A stretch of 64,000 nucleotides of DNA from an uncultured Methanoregulaceae archaeon (lineage in GTDB: Archaea; Halobacteriota; Methanomicrobia; Methanomicrobiales; Methanospirillaceae): positions 608,001 through 672,000 of the forward strand of contig CAVTTL010000001.1 of the NCBI GenBank assembly GCA_963737635.1, given 5' to 3'. The position numbers and the translations under genes were made by a program. Below the pieces are notes generated by a model. The model saw nothing but the letters and a program-made list of their open reading frames with translations, was not told the DNA's origin and ran no database searches. Shown here in pieces: positions 51,578 to 60,336 of this stretch; the first letter of the stretch is position 1; every line of letters starts with the position of its first letter.

Positions 51578-53352
51578 TTACCCGATAATCTCCAGTCCTG
51601 CATCCTCCACGGTTTCCGGAGGTACTTCGGCATTTCCTTCGCGCTTCATAGTATCCTCATGGACAAAACGCGACCCGGTCATCGACGATAACACTGCCGC
51701 GATAACTGATAGCAGGGCACCGATGTAAAACGAGATCCGGAGCGAGGGCATGAAGGCATAGGCGAGCGTCGTTGGGAACCAAGAAGTTCCGGTCAGGGTC
51801 GCAATGGTCGCTGGATTGATCGACGCAACCACAGCCTGAGGTAGCGCAACAAGAATGGTATGGACCGGGTTATAGCCAAGGAATGCGGCAAATAACGCCC
51901 CGGTCGGGGGGATTGCGCTCATGGGAACGATAAGGCCCGGGCCCCGGCTGCCGAAAGAGATGTTGCCAGTTGCGGGGGGAAGAGCTGGGACAGGCTGACA
52001 ATGACGATGGTAAAGAACAGGGCCATGGAGATGACCATCCCACTGTTCTGGAGCATCGATCGCATACCTGATGCAACCCCGCGGTCTTCCGGGGGTACGG
52101 AGTTCATGATGGCCGCGACGTTGGGCGAACCGAACATGCCATTACCGAGTCCCATGATCAGGAGCGCGATGGCAAAGATCGGGTAATCGAAATTATAGGG
52201 TAAAGCGGCAAGCATCATGAACGAGAGAGCAATCAGGAGCAGACCTGACGTGGCAAACCATCGTGAGCCGTATTTGTCCGAGAGCCAGCCTGAGAGGGGG
52301 CCCATGACCACAAAACCGGCGGTAAGTGGCAGCATGAATATCCCGGCCCAGAACGGTGTTGATTCGTAGCTGTAACCATGGAGCGGCAGCCAGATGCCTT
52401 GGAGCATCAGGATCAGGATAAACATCATGCCGCCACGTGCAAGTGCGCTCAGGAACCCGGCAGTGTTGGCAAGGGAGAATACCTTGATCTTAAAGAGATT
52501 CAGCCGAAACATCGGGTCCTCGACCCGGCTCTCGATGAATGGGAATGCGATGAGGAACGCAACGCCAATGGCAATCGCGGCAAGTACCCACGGGTCACCC
52601 CAGCCCATAGGGTCGCTTCCGTAAGGTAGGAGTGCATAGGTAATCCCGATAAGGAGGATCGTGAGTCCTGCGACAAAGGTAACATTACCCCAGAGATCGA
52701 TCTTCCTTGCCCTTTTTGAGACTGAAGTTTCTTTAAGTTTGAAGAAGGCCCAGACCGTCCCGAGGATGCCGACCGGCACGCTGACCAGGAAGACGTACCG
52801 CCAGTTATAGAACGCGAGGATACCGCCGAGGATCAGGCCTACAAACTGGCCCGAGAGGAATGCAATCGTGTTAAGGCCCAGTGCCTTACCCCTCTCGTCA
52901 GGAGGGAAGGCATCGGTGAGGATGGCAGCGCTGTTGGAGAAGGTAAACGATGCCCCCACAGCCTGGACAAGGCGGAATGCAATGATCTCCAGCGCTCCTG
53001 CGTCGCCCTTGTCGGGCGTGAGGAAGAGCAGGATGGAGCCGAAGGTAAAGATGGCAAAACCGATGTTGTAGAGCCTTACCCTCCCGTACATATCTGAGAG
53101 CCGGCCGCAACTGAGGAGCAGGGTGGCTGTGACGAGGCTGTACCCCATGAGCACCCAGATGAGATACTGGAAAGAGGTAAGTGGATTGATATTGATGCCG
53201 TTGAAGATCGCGGGCAGCGATATAAGGGTTATGCTCCCGTTCACGGAGACCATGAACATCTCGATGGTCGTGATCGAGAGAACGATCCACTTGTAATCGA
53301 TCCCCTTTTTTATAACCCCTGCCCCGTTCTCTGGTGTCTTGGTGGTTTCCAT
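51578..53352 (-). CDS. DHA2/EmrB-QacA-type MFS transporter, -1 frameshift near 51940
   Basis: [32 protein letters not shown]; C-terminus continues in the 51578-51922 frame. Confidence 0.88.
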
Positions 53353-53427
53353 GTGCCCGTGCTGCCCCTAGTTCTCTCCGGGTATCGGCCGGAGGATGTA
53401 AAATCCAGGTTACAAAGTGGATCGTAG

Positions 53428-53451
53428 GGGACTATAATGTTAATAGTTCCC
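53428..53451. promoter_or_regulatory. Imperfect palindrome upstream of the MFS gene
   Basis: GGGACTATAATGTTAATAGTTCCC. Confidence 0.4.
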
Positions 53452-53534
53452 GCAGGGGAAGAAAAGGACTGGCCGGCAACAACCGGGCTTATCCGGTAAA
53501 AGAGGGGAGATTTTCACAAACCCGCTGTGGGGGT

Positions 53535-54317
53535 CTACCGGTCCTGCCGCGCAGCGTGCCGGGGAAAGGCCACCTGAGGTCGCCGGGTAATAAATGACGC
53601 ATCGAGATTGTCAACCATCCGCACGGCCATATCTGCGGGAATCCCGATCGCCATCATCTCTTGAGGGAGAGTATAGTTTTGTGTAGGATCCTGCGGCCCT
53701 ATGAACGCAGTGTCGTGAGGCGTATTTTCCGCAAGACCCGCCGGGAACGTAATAAATGTCGAGCATGATGACCCCCAGGGAACAATAACCGGCGCGAATG
53801 GATCGTCCCGGTCGAAATGGATGAGGGCGGCCATGTTCCGGATCTGCTCGCCAGTCCCAAAACAGCAGATAGACCTGACGGTGGGCAGGGTATTGGGCAG
53901 CGCCTCGCATGCCTGCACAACTAAGTATTTTCCCGGGGGATGGATTGGCCCTGCCGCCACCGTACAGCGCTCGACCAGCTCCGGACTCGCCTTCAGGTAC
54001 TCCGCTGCCCCGCCACGGATATCTTTCCTGCCGGTCGAAACAAAGTATTTGATGTCCTCGGGAACCGGGATGTACCCCACGTGATAAAGACCGCCCGGGC
54101 AACAACCTTCGCTGGTATCAGCACTGACGTAGATCCCCGACACCTCATGTCCTGCAGCCATCCGGTAGAGGGAAACGGCAAAACACCGGTTTACCCCGGC
54201 CATGGGAGGAATGCCCACCGGCAGGACATCCGATCCGTACACCGCAAGAGGGCGGGTGGAAAGCCTGAACGCCGACTTAAGTTTCGATCCAATCTCCCGG
54301 AAATCCACACTCGTCAT
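53535..54317 (-). CDS. DUF169 family protein
   Basis: PLAVY, RCF, GCCPGGLYHVG, PWGSSC, IGPQDP. Confidence 0.78.
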   Translation of the reverse strand: MTSVDFREIGSKLKSAFRLSTRPLAVYGSDVLPVGIPPMAGVNRCFAVSLYRMAAGHEVSGIYVSADTSEGCCPGGLYHVGYIPVPEDIKYFVSTGRKDIRGGAAEYLKASPELVERCTVAAGPIHPPGKYLVVQACEALPNTLPTVRSICCFGTGEQIRNMAALIHFDRDDPFAPVIVPWGSSCSTFITFPAGLAENTPHDTAFIGPQDPTQNYTLPQEMMAIGIPADMAVRMVDNLDASFITRRPQVAFPRHAARQDR

Positions 54318-55153
54318 GACAGCACTCCTTTCTTTTCTGCAACAAGTCCTTTCCAGATCGGACCATCGAACACGCCGTCTTTTGCCTCAACCTCCATTTC
54401 AAGAAAGAGCGAGTAGGGCACCGCAAACGTGAACATGTGTTCGGGGATGGTTTTTCCTACATTCGCCCGTGCAGCAAGGTCAGTATACCCAAGCACGGCC
54501 CGGGGGTGTTCCTTTCGTGCCTCATCATACACGAATGCCCCTATCTGCTGGCAGGCTGCCATGGGCGGAACCCGAATGGGATCTGTGCCCTCGCGGACAG
54601 CACCGACCAGCGTAACAAGCCCGGTGACCTGGAGGGGATCGGCAAGGAACACAACAACAACCGGCTGCTCTCCCTCTCCTACCTTGCTTAAGGGCGTGAA
54701 GATCACGTATTTCTCAGCGATATCGGTGATCGGCAGCTCCGCGGTCATGAACCGCTTTGCCTTCTCCGGATCCTTATGGAGGCGCTCACCGTGGATGAAC
54801 TTCTCCCGCTCCCGTTCAGGGATGTGCTGGACGGTCGCACAATAGGCTGCCGGGTCTTTGCTGCTCGCTGCACCTTTCGCAAAGAAGGCAGACATGAAGT
54901 CCACACCGGCGCCGCCGAAGGCATCGTAGTACCCGTTACCAAAACCAAGCCCGGCCCGGGCGCCGGGGCAGCCATAGCTTTCCCGGTCGAATACCGCGGT
55001 TTTTCCTTTCGTCGCGACCTGTGCAAAAAATGGCATAATGCAGGTCTGCCCGTGCGGTTTTATCTGCAGCGCTCCTTCGGGTTTAGTATTGCTCCAGAGG
55101 ATAGCCACAGGTTCGTACGCAAGCCCGAGTTTATCAGCGGTGACGCTTTTCAT
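54314..55153 (-). CDS. DUF169 family protein
   Basis: YEPVAI, TCIM, YGCPGARAGLGF, MAACQQI, AVLGYTDLAAR, FTFAVP. Confidence 0.82.
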   Translation of the reverse strand: MKSVTADKLGLAYEPVAILWSNTKPEGALQIKPHGQTCIMPFFAQVATKGKTAVFDRESYGCPGARAGLGFGNGYYDAFGGAGVDFMSAFFAKGAASSKDPAAYCATVQHIPEREREKFIHGERLHKDPEKAKRFMTAELPITDIAEKYVIFTPLSKVGEGEQPVVVVFLADPLQVTGLVTLVGAVREGTDPIRVPPMAACQQIGAFVYDEARKEHPRAVLGYTDLAARANVGKTIPEHMFTFAVPYSLFLEMEVEAKDGVFDGPIWKGLVAEKKGVLS

Positions 55154-55169
55154 GGTTGTTTTCCCGGGC

Positions 55170-55838
55170 TTACTTCATCCAGCCCATCTGTTCATACCAT
55201 TCATATTCATGGGCGAACCGGTCCTTGTTGTACTTCACCAGCTGGCAGAAGTACTCCCGTTTTTGTTTATGAAGCGCATCCTGATCAGGATAGGTGAGTT
55301 CGCCCCGGATGGCCTGTACAAGCGTCTTTCCCAGTTTGTGGGCGTCTCCTTCAGCCTTTCCAAGAGCGGCCGGGTCATGCCCAATCGCGACCCCGATCCC
55401 GCCCACGATGTTTGCGCCAAGCGTCGAGAGGACTTTGTTCATGTACCCGACTACTTCGGATTCACCGCTTCCACCTGCAGTGCAGACGGAGCACCCGAAC
55501 TTCCCGGTCATCATCTGACAGTGGATGGCGTCCGCCATGCGGTCGAAGAACGCTTTCAACGGTGCCGGAACAGAATCGATATAATTGGGGGCACCGAGAA
55601 CGATCCCGTCGGCATTCATCATCCGGTCAAAGAGGTCGGAAAAATCGTCAAGCAGGGTGCACTCCCCGGTGGCATAGCAGGTTCCGCAGGCTGTGCAGTA
55701 CTCGATGCGCAACGTGTAGAGATCAATGAATTCTGTTTCTGCCCCCTCATCCTTTGCCCCGGTGAGCACGGCATTCGTGAGCCGGAGGGTGTTGCTGTCT
55801 TTCCCGCGGGGGCTTGCGTTTATTCCAATGACTTTCAT
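55170..55838 (-). CDS. Iron-sulfur flavoprotein (Isf) / multimeric flavodoxin family
   Basis: INASPRGKDSNT, CTACGTC-x5-C, ADGIVLGAPNY, LKAFFDR. Confidence 0.88.
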   Translation of the reverse strand: MKVIGINASPRGKDSNTLRLTNAVLTGAKDEGAETEFIDLYTLRIEYCTACGTCYATGECTLLDDFSDLFDRMMNADGIVLGAPNYIDSVPAPLKAFFDRMADAIHCQMMTGKFGCSVCTAGGSGESEVVGYMNKVLSTLGANIVGGIGVAIGHDPAALGKAEGDAHKLGKTLVQAIRGELTYPDQDALHKQKREYFCQLVKYNKDRFAHEYEWYEQMGWMK

Positions 55839-55958
55839 ATGCGATTGCTCCTGTAGGATGGGAGTCGGAGAATAACGCTAATAAAGGTATTGACTTGACC
55901 GGCCTTTTGCAATGGACCAGAACACCAAAAAAAGGAAAACCGGGGCCGTATGGTTCCA

Positions 55959-56423
55959 TTACTGCCCGGATGCTAGCGTCATCATGGGCATAGTACGGTT
56001 CCCGCGATAGCCCCCTGCAGGGAATCCCAGAGCTGTCCGTAGCTGCTGCGGAGTGACGTTAAGCTGCTGTGCCGCAGCGGTGAAGTTCATGCGGGTTCCG
56101 TTCACCGGTGTAAGGGCATTCTGGAGATCCTGTTCAGATACACCCAGCTGGCCTGCCGCCGCGTTAAGGAGGGTAGTGTTGCTCAGGAGATTCTGCATCA
56201 TTGAGTATTGGTGGTTTCCGTACGTCCCGTTGCCGTTATATGTTCCGCTTGGTGAACCGCTATTACCCGAAGACTGGCTGTTTCCTGTCCCGGCAGGCGA
56301 AGCCTGTTGACTGCCTGAAGCTGAACTGCTGCCGTTGTCCTGCGTGCATCCTGCGATAAGAACCCCGGCAAGAACCATCACCATTGCGAGGATGGTCATT
56401 AGAGTGAACATCGTTTTTTTCAT
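55959..56423 (-). CDS. Predicted lipoprotein with Ser/Gly linker and internal repeat
   Basis: Signal peptide ending LIAGC; repeats AAAGQLGVSEQDLQNAL and AAAQQLNVTPQQLRTAL. Confidence 0.75.
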   Translation of the reverse strand: MKKTMFTLMTILAMVMVLAGVLIAGCTQDNGSSSASGSQQASPAGTGNSQSSGNSGSPSGTYNGNGTYGNHQYSMMQNLLSNTTLLNAAAGQLGVSEQDLQNALTPVNGTRMNFTAAAQQLNVTPQQLRTALGFPAGGYRGNRTMPMMTLASGQ

Positions 56424-56483
56424 TGATTATATCCTCCATGAAATATCTGTTCGAAATGCGGGTTGCGTGGGGCAACTACACAT

Positions 56484-56542
56484 TGTAATGTTTACATTAC
56501 ATTTTGTAATATTAAAACTATAGGTTTATCAACATTTGTTGA
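56484..56542. promoter_or_regulatory. Overlapping palindromes, putative operator array
   Basis: TGTAATG-TTTA-CATTACA, ATTACA-TTT-TGTAAT and TCAACA-TT-TGTTGA upstream of the lipoprotein gene. Confidence 0.5.
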
Positions 56543-56624
56543 AAACACCGGCAAGAGCCACCCCACTACAGACGCACCGGACAACAAATGATGGGTGATT
56601 GATAATAAGAAGGGAAAAAAAGAG

Positions 56625-57149
56625 CTACCGGTCGCTGATCTTTTCAACGACCCTCACGTTGTCGCCCCGCACCGTAATCGGGATGGGAACAACACTCTCA
56701 TACAGTTCGACCGTGATCTCTTCTTTTGCCGAGTCTACGCGCTTGACCACGGCTTTTTCACCTTTGAACGGTCCCGCGATCAATTCGACAATGGTGCCTT
56801 CATCGATCCCGGAAACCACGGGCTTAGGTATCAGGAAATGCCCCACTTCAGCGAGCGTTGTCTGGCCTTTTGCAACTGCCCGGGCATGAGCGATCATCTC
56901 GACGAGCTGTTCGATCCTGTTTCGCTGTTCGGGGGTCTCGATAAGGACGTATCCCTGCAATTCGTTGGGTACGATAATTGCCGTGACCTTGATATCAGTC
57001 GCCTTTGTCTCTATCGCCTTTAAAATATTATCAGCAACGGTCCGCTCCTGCTTGGAGGTCGTTTTGATCGCGAATATCCTGTTATTGAAGACCTCAGGGG
57101 CAGTTGGTACCGATGGTGCCGGCGATGCAGTCGTAGGTTCCGGTGTCAT
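56625..57149 (-). CDS. spt5: Transcription elongation factor Spt5 (NusG)
   Basis: FAIKTTSKQE, GYVLIE, KOW motif VELIAGPFKGE. Confidence 0.96.
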   Translation of the reverse strand: MTPEPTTASPAPSVPTAPEVFNNRIFAIKTTSKQERTVADNILKAIETKATDIKVTAIIVPNELQGYVLIETPEQRNRIEQLVEMIAHARAVAKGQTTLAEVGHFLIPKPVVSGIDEGTIVELIAGPFKGEKAVVKRVDSAKEEITVELYESVVPIPITVRGDNVRVVEKISDR

Positions 57150-57160
57150 GACAATCAGGA

Positions 57161-57367
57161 TCAGAATCCCAGCATTTTCTTGTGTTCGAAGAACAGGTAG
57201 ATGATAAATCCAATCAGTCCGATGAGAAGAATCCCTGCCGCCGCTACTGTCGCAATCTTAGAGAACTCCTCCCGGGTTGGGGTGCGCGCGAGTTTCAGTA
57301 CACGGAAGTACTTCCGGAATAACTCCTCATGCACGTCGACTTTGATATCAGGTTTTGAAATATCCAT
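57161..57367 (-). CDS. secE: Protein translocase SecE/Sec61-gamma
   Basis: RVLKLARTPTREEF followed by a TM helix. Confidence 0.95.
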   Translation of the reverse strand: MDISKPDIKVDVHEELFRKYFRVLKLARTPTREEFSKIATVAAAGILLIGLIGFIIYLFFEHKKMLGF

Positions 57368-57373
57368 AACTGC

Positions 57374-58465
57374 TCACTTGAGAAAATCGATCTCATATTG
57401 TTTCTGTACTTTGGGGGTAAGCTTCTCATTGCGACCATATATTTGTGGCGACCGAACACCCGTGACCACAAGCAATGTCCGCATCTTATTTGCCATTGTC
57501 GGGTCGATCTGCGCACCCCAGATGATCCGCGCACTCTGGTCGACACGGGAGTAGACTTCCTGCACTACTCCCTCTGCCTCAGCCATTGTCATGTCCGGAC
57601 CACCAACCACGTTTACGAGTGCAGCGGTCGCGCCGGAGATATCCACATCGAGAAGCGGGGAGCGGATAGCCTTTTTCACCGAGTCTGCAGCCTTATCTTC
57701 GCTGTCACTCTCGCCCATGCCGATCATGGCGACGCCGCCGCGTTCCATCACGGTGCGCACATCGGCAAAGTCAAGATTCACAAGGCCCGGCATCGTGATA
57801 AGCTCCGTGATGCCTTTAACCGCACGCATGAGAACCTCGTCGGAGACCTTGAACGCCGCAGAGAGGGGAAGCTTGGGAACGACCTCGAGCAGACGATCGT
57901 TGGGAACTACAATGACCGTATCCGCCACATCCCGGAGGCGTTCGAGGCCGGCTTCTGCATTTTCCATCCGGATCGCACCCTCGGAGGCAAAAGGCAGGGT
58001 GACCACCGCAATCGTGAGCGCGCCTTCTTCCCGGGCAGCCTTCGCCACGACCGGGGCGGAGCCGGTACCGGTGCCACCGCCAAGGCCGACGGTAATAAAG
58101 ACCATGTCGCATCCGGAGACTACCGCTCTGATATCCTGTTCATTCTCAAGCGCAGCTTCCTCACCGATTTGCGGGATGGATCCGGCACCAAGACCCCGGG
58201 TTCGCTGCCGGCCGATCAGCATACGCTGGTCAGCATGGGTCCGGATCAGGTGCTGGGCATCTGTGTTGACAGCGACCAGTTTTGCGCCATGGATGCCCTC
58301 CTCCATCATGCGCGTGATCGTGTTGGAACCGCTGCCCCCACAACCAATTACGGTGATCTCGGTCTTGAGTTCGCTTAAGATCTGATCAAGATCCTCGTTA
58401 TTCTGCGAAGACGATGCTGTCTCGTCTCTCGCCTTGGTAAGTGCCTCTTCAACAATCGATCTCAT
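57374..58465 (-). CDS. ftsZ: Cell division protein FtsZ (FtsZ1)
   Basis: NTDAQHL, GLGAG, GGGTGTG, NLDFADV. Confidence 0.98.
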   Translation of the reverse strand: MRSIVEEALTKARDETASSSQNNEDLDQILSELKTEITVIGCGGSGSNTITRMMEEGIHGAKLVAVNTDAQHLIRTHADQRMLIGRQRTRGLGAGSIPQIGEEAALENEQDIRAVVSGCDMVFITVGLGGGTGTGSAPVVAKAAREEGALTIAVVTLPFASEGAIRMENAEAGLERLRDVADTVIVVPNDRLLEVVPKLPLSAAFKVSDEVLMRAVKGITELITMPGLVNLDFADVRTVMERGGVAMIGMGESDSEDKAADSVKKAIRSPLLDVDISGATAALVNVVGGPDMTMAEAEGVVQEVYSRVDQSARIIWGAQIDPTMANKMRTLLVVTGVRSPQIYGRNEKLTPKVQKQYEIDFLK

Positions 58466-59778
58466 GAGTAGTTCTCCAGTCCCGGGATGTGGATCCTGGT
58501 CTCACTGGTAACGGATACCTGATCAGGTGTAATTACCCGACCGTCATGTTCTATAGCCTGCCCGGCAGCAAGCTGACGATAGGCAGGTCCGGCCGGCACC
58601 CCGAGTTCGCGCGCTTTTCCGGGGTCGAACCTGACCTTTCTGATGACCAGGCAATCGTTCTCCGTCGCAGTGTTTTCCCTTTTACGTATGATTTTCACGC
58701 ACAATGTATTTAAAGCATTTATTAATTCCGCAGAATCCTTGCGAAAAACCACGAATTGTGGGAGCAGTACGTTGTCTTCATTCGTCAGGTGTACCACGGC
58801 AAGAGACCCGAAATCGTGAATCAGGGCAGATTCATCGCATCTTTTTGCTTCTGCAAGAAGCACCGGGTCGATGGAGATAACCGTAAGCGGGCCGGAGCCA
58901 TCAAGAGCGTGGACATAACACCGTACGCCCGGGCAGACAGTCGCAGCCAAGTCCCGGATCGAACGGTACATATCCCATGAGAGATGCCCGAGTGCAGCAA
59001 TTTCTGTCTCGGAAAGACGAAGGATACCTAATGAAGCAAGGATCCCGGTCAGCCGTTCAAAATCCGGATGCGAAACTGCCTTCCGGTCAATATAGGCGGC
59101 AACAGCTCCGCTCTGCACCACCATCTCCTGAACCATTTCCTTGTCCAGTACGGCAACCTGTCGCAGAGAGCTCGCAATATGACCGAACGCTCCCCGGGTT
59201 GAAAGGGCGATAGTGGTCTCGCGGGGAGCGTAATGAGTTCCCCCAATACCTATCAAGGGTATGGCATCGATCGGCGCTGCACTGAGCACGGCTTTAGCGA
59301 CCGCAAGGCCGGCTGCCGGGTCAGCCCATTCTTTCTGGGTGCTTCCGATCTCGACAAAGAACGATGGATGAATCAGTCCTGTAGGGCCGTGATGGGTAAC
59401 CTCGTACGAAACCCGGTACCCTTCCGGGCAATTCCGGGCAAGCGCCCGCAGGACTGCCTGCATCATCACGGGAGCAGCCGGGGCAAGTGTCCGGGGGCTT
59501 CCACCCAGTTCCGCAGCTCCGAAGTTCCCGGTGACATGAACCGTCAGGACCGGTACCGGGTTCACACTGGAGTGACGTGAAAGGAAGATAATAAGATCGG
59601 CATCGATACCGGTATCGATGCCCTCTGCATGGATGAGTCTTCCACTGACCTCAAAAAACTCGTAGATCCTCTCATTCCCCGGTGCAGGAGATGCCGAGAG
59701 GCACTGTTCGATATGGCGCCTGATAGTGCATCCCGCAACATCATCGCGGGAGTTGATCAGTGCTACCTTCATGATCAT
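58462..59778 (-). CDS. dtdA: Archaeal D-aminoacyl-tRNA deacylase (DTD2), long form
   Basis: [37 protein letters not shown]; sits upstream of ftsZ. Confidence 0.92.
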   Translation of the reverse strand: MIMKVALINSRDDVAGCTIRRHIEQCLSASPAPGNERIYEFFEVSGRLIHAEGIDTGIDADLIIFLSRHSSVNPVPVLTVHVTGNFGAAELGGSPRTLAPAAPVMMQAVLRALARNCPEGYRVSYEVTHHGPTGLIHPSFFVEIGSTQKEWADPAAGLAVAKAVLSAAPIDAIPLIGIGGTHYAPRETTIALSTRGAFGHIASSLRQVAVLDKEMVQEMVVQSGAVAAYIDRKAVSHPDFERLTGILASLGILRLSETEIAALGHLSWDMYRSIRDLAATVCPGVRCYVHALDGSGPLTVISIDPVLLAEAKRCDESALIHDFGSLAVVHLTNEDNVLLPQFVVFRKDSAELINALNTLCVKIIRKRENTATENDCLVIRKVRFDPGKARELGVPAGPAYRQLAAGQAIEHDGRVITPDQVSVTSETRIHIPGLENYS

Positions 59779-59877
59779 TCAATATGCCGCGATCCACCAA
59801 AAGCTTCGCGAAGTGAAAAAGAGTGTGGGACTTGTTCAGAAACGCTATGACATATGAATGTCAACCATTCTGGTACT

Positions 59878-60054
59878 ATGGACGATAAAAAGATTGAAAT
59901 GGCATTTGCCGAGGAGAAGATTGCAAAAGTAATCACCTGCCCGCAGGCATTTGCAATTGCAGAAAAACACAATATCCCCAAAAATGAGATCAGCGAGTAC
60001 TGCAATACACACGGGATCAAGATCAAGGCATGCCAGCTGGGCTGCTTCAAATAA
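59878..60054 (+). CDS. Small Cys-containing conserved hypothetical protein
   Basis: ITCPQAFAIA...YCNTHGIKIKACQLGCFK; start may be 59854 or 59878. Confidence 0.75.
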   Translation: MDDKKIEMAFAEEKIAKVITCPQAFAIAEKHNIPKNEISEYCNTHGIKIKACQLGCFK

Positions 60055-60336
60055 TCCGGTTCATCTTCTCATTCGTGCTTCCCTCAATTCCCTGATCTTC
60101 GAGTGGCCCCTCAAAGATTTCCCGCTTTTTCCTAGTCAGCTGAAATTATTCGTTGCAGCACCAGCGCAGGATGGATCGGATCGCTAAACTACGTAAATGC
60201 ATACCGGAGACAGATGAGTAAACACGCAAACGGACTATCCCAAATAAACAGGAAAGTATTAGAAAACTAATTTGTCCTCAAGAGCCAACATACATCGATA
60301 CGTTTGGGCATCCCGCCACCGTAACAGAGGGATTGT

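Noticed and set aside
57398-58385. Long antisense ORFs (326 and 264 aa) over ftsZ, and similar ones at 14462-15433, 26696-27868, 40563-41597 and 55038-55856
   Set aside because: Shadow frames of well-supported genes in GC-rich codon usage, with no recognisable motifs
60055-60336. T-box or riboswitch upstream of ileS
   Set aside because: No T-box consensus or convincing stems; T-boxes are bacterial
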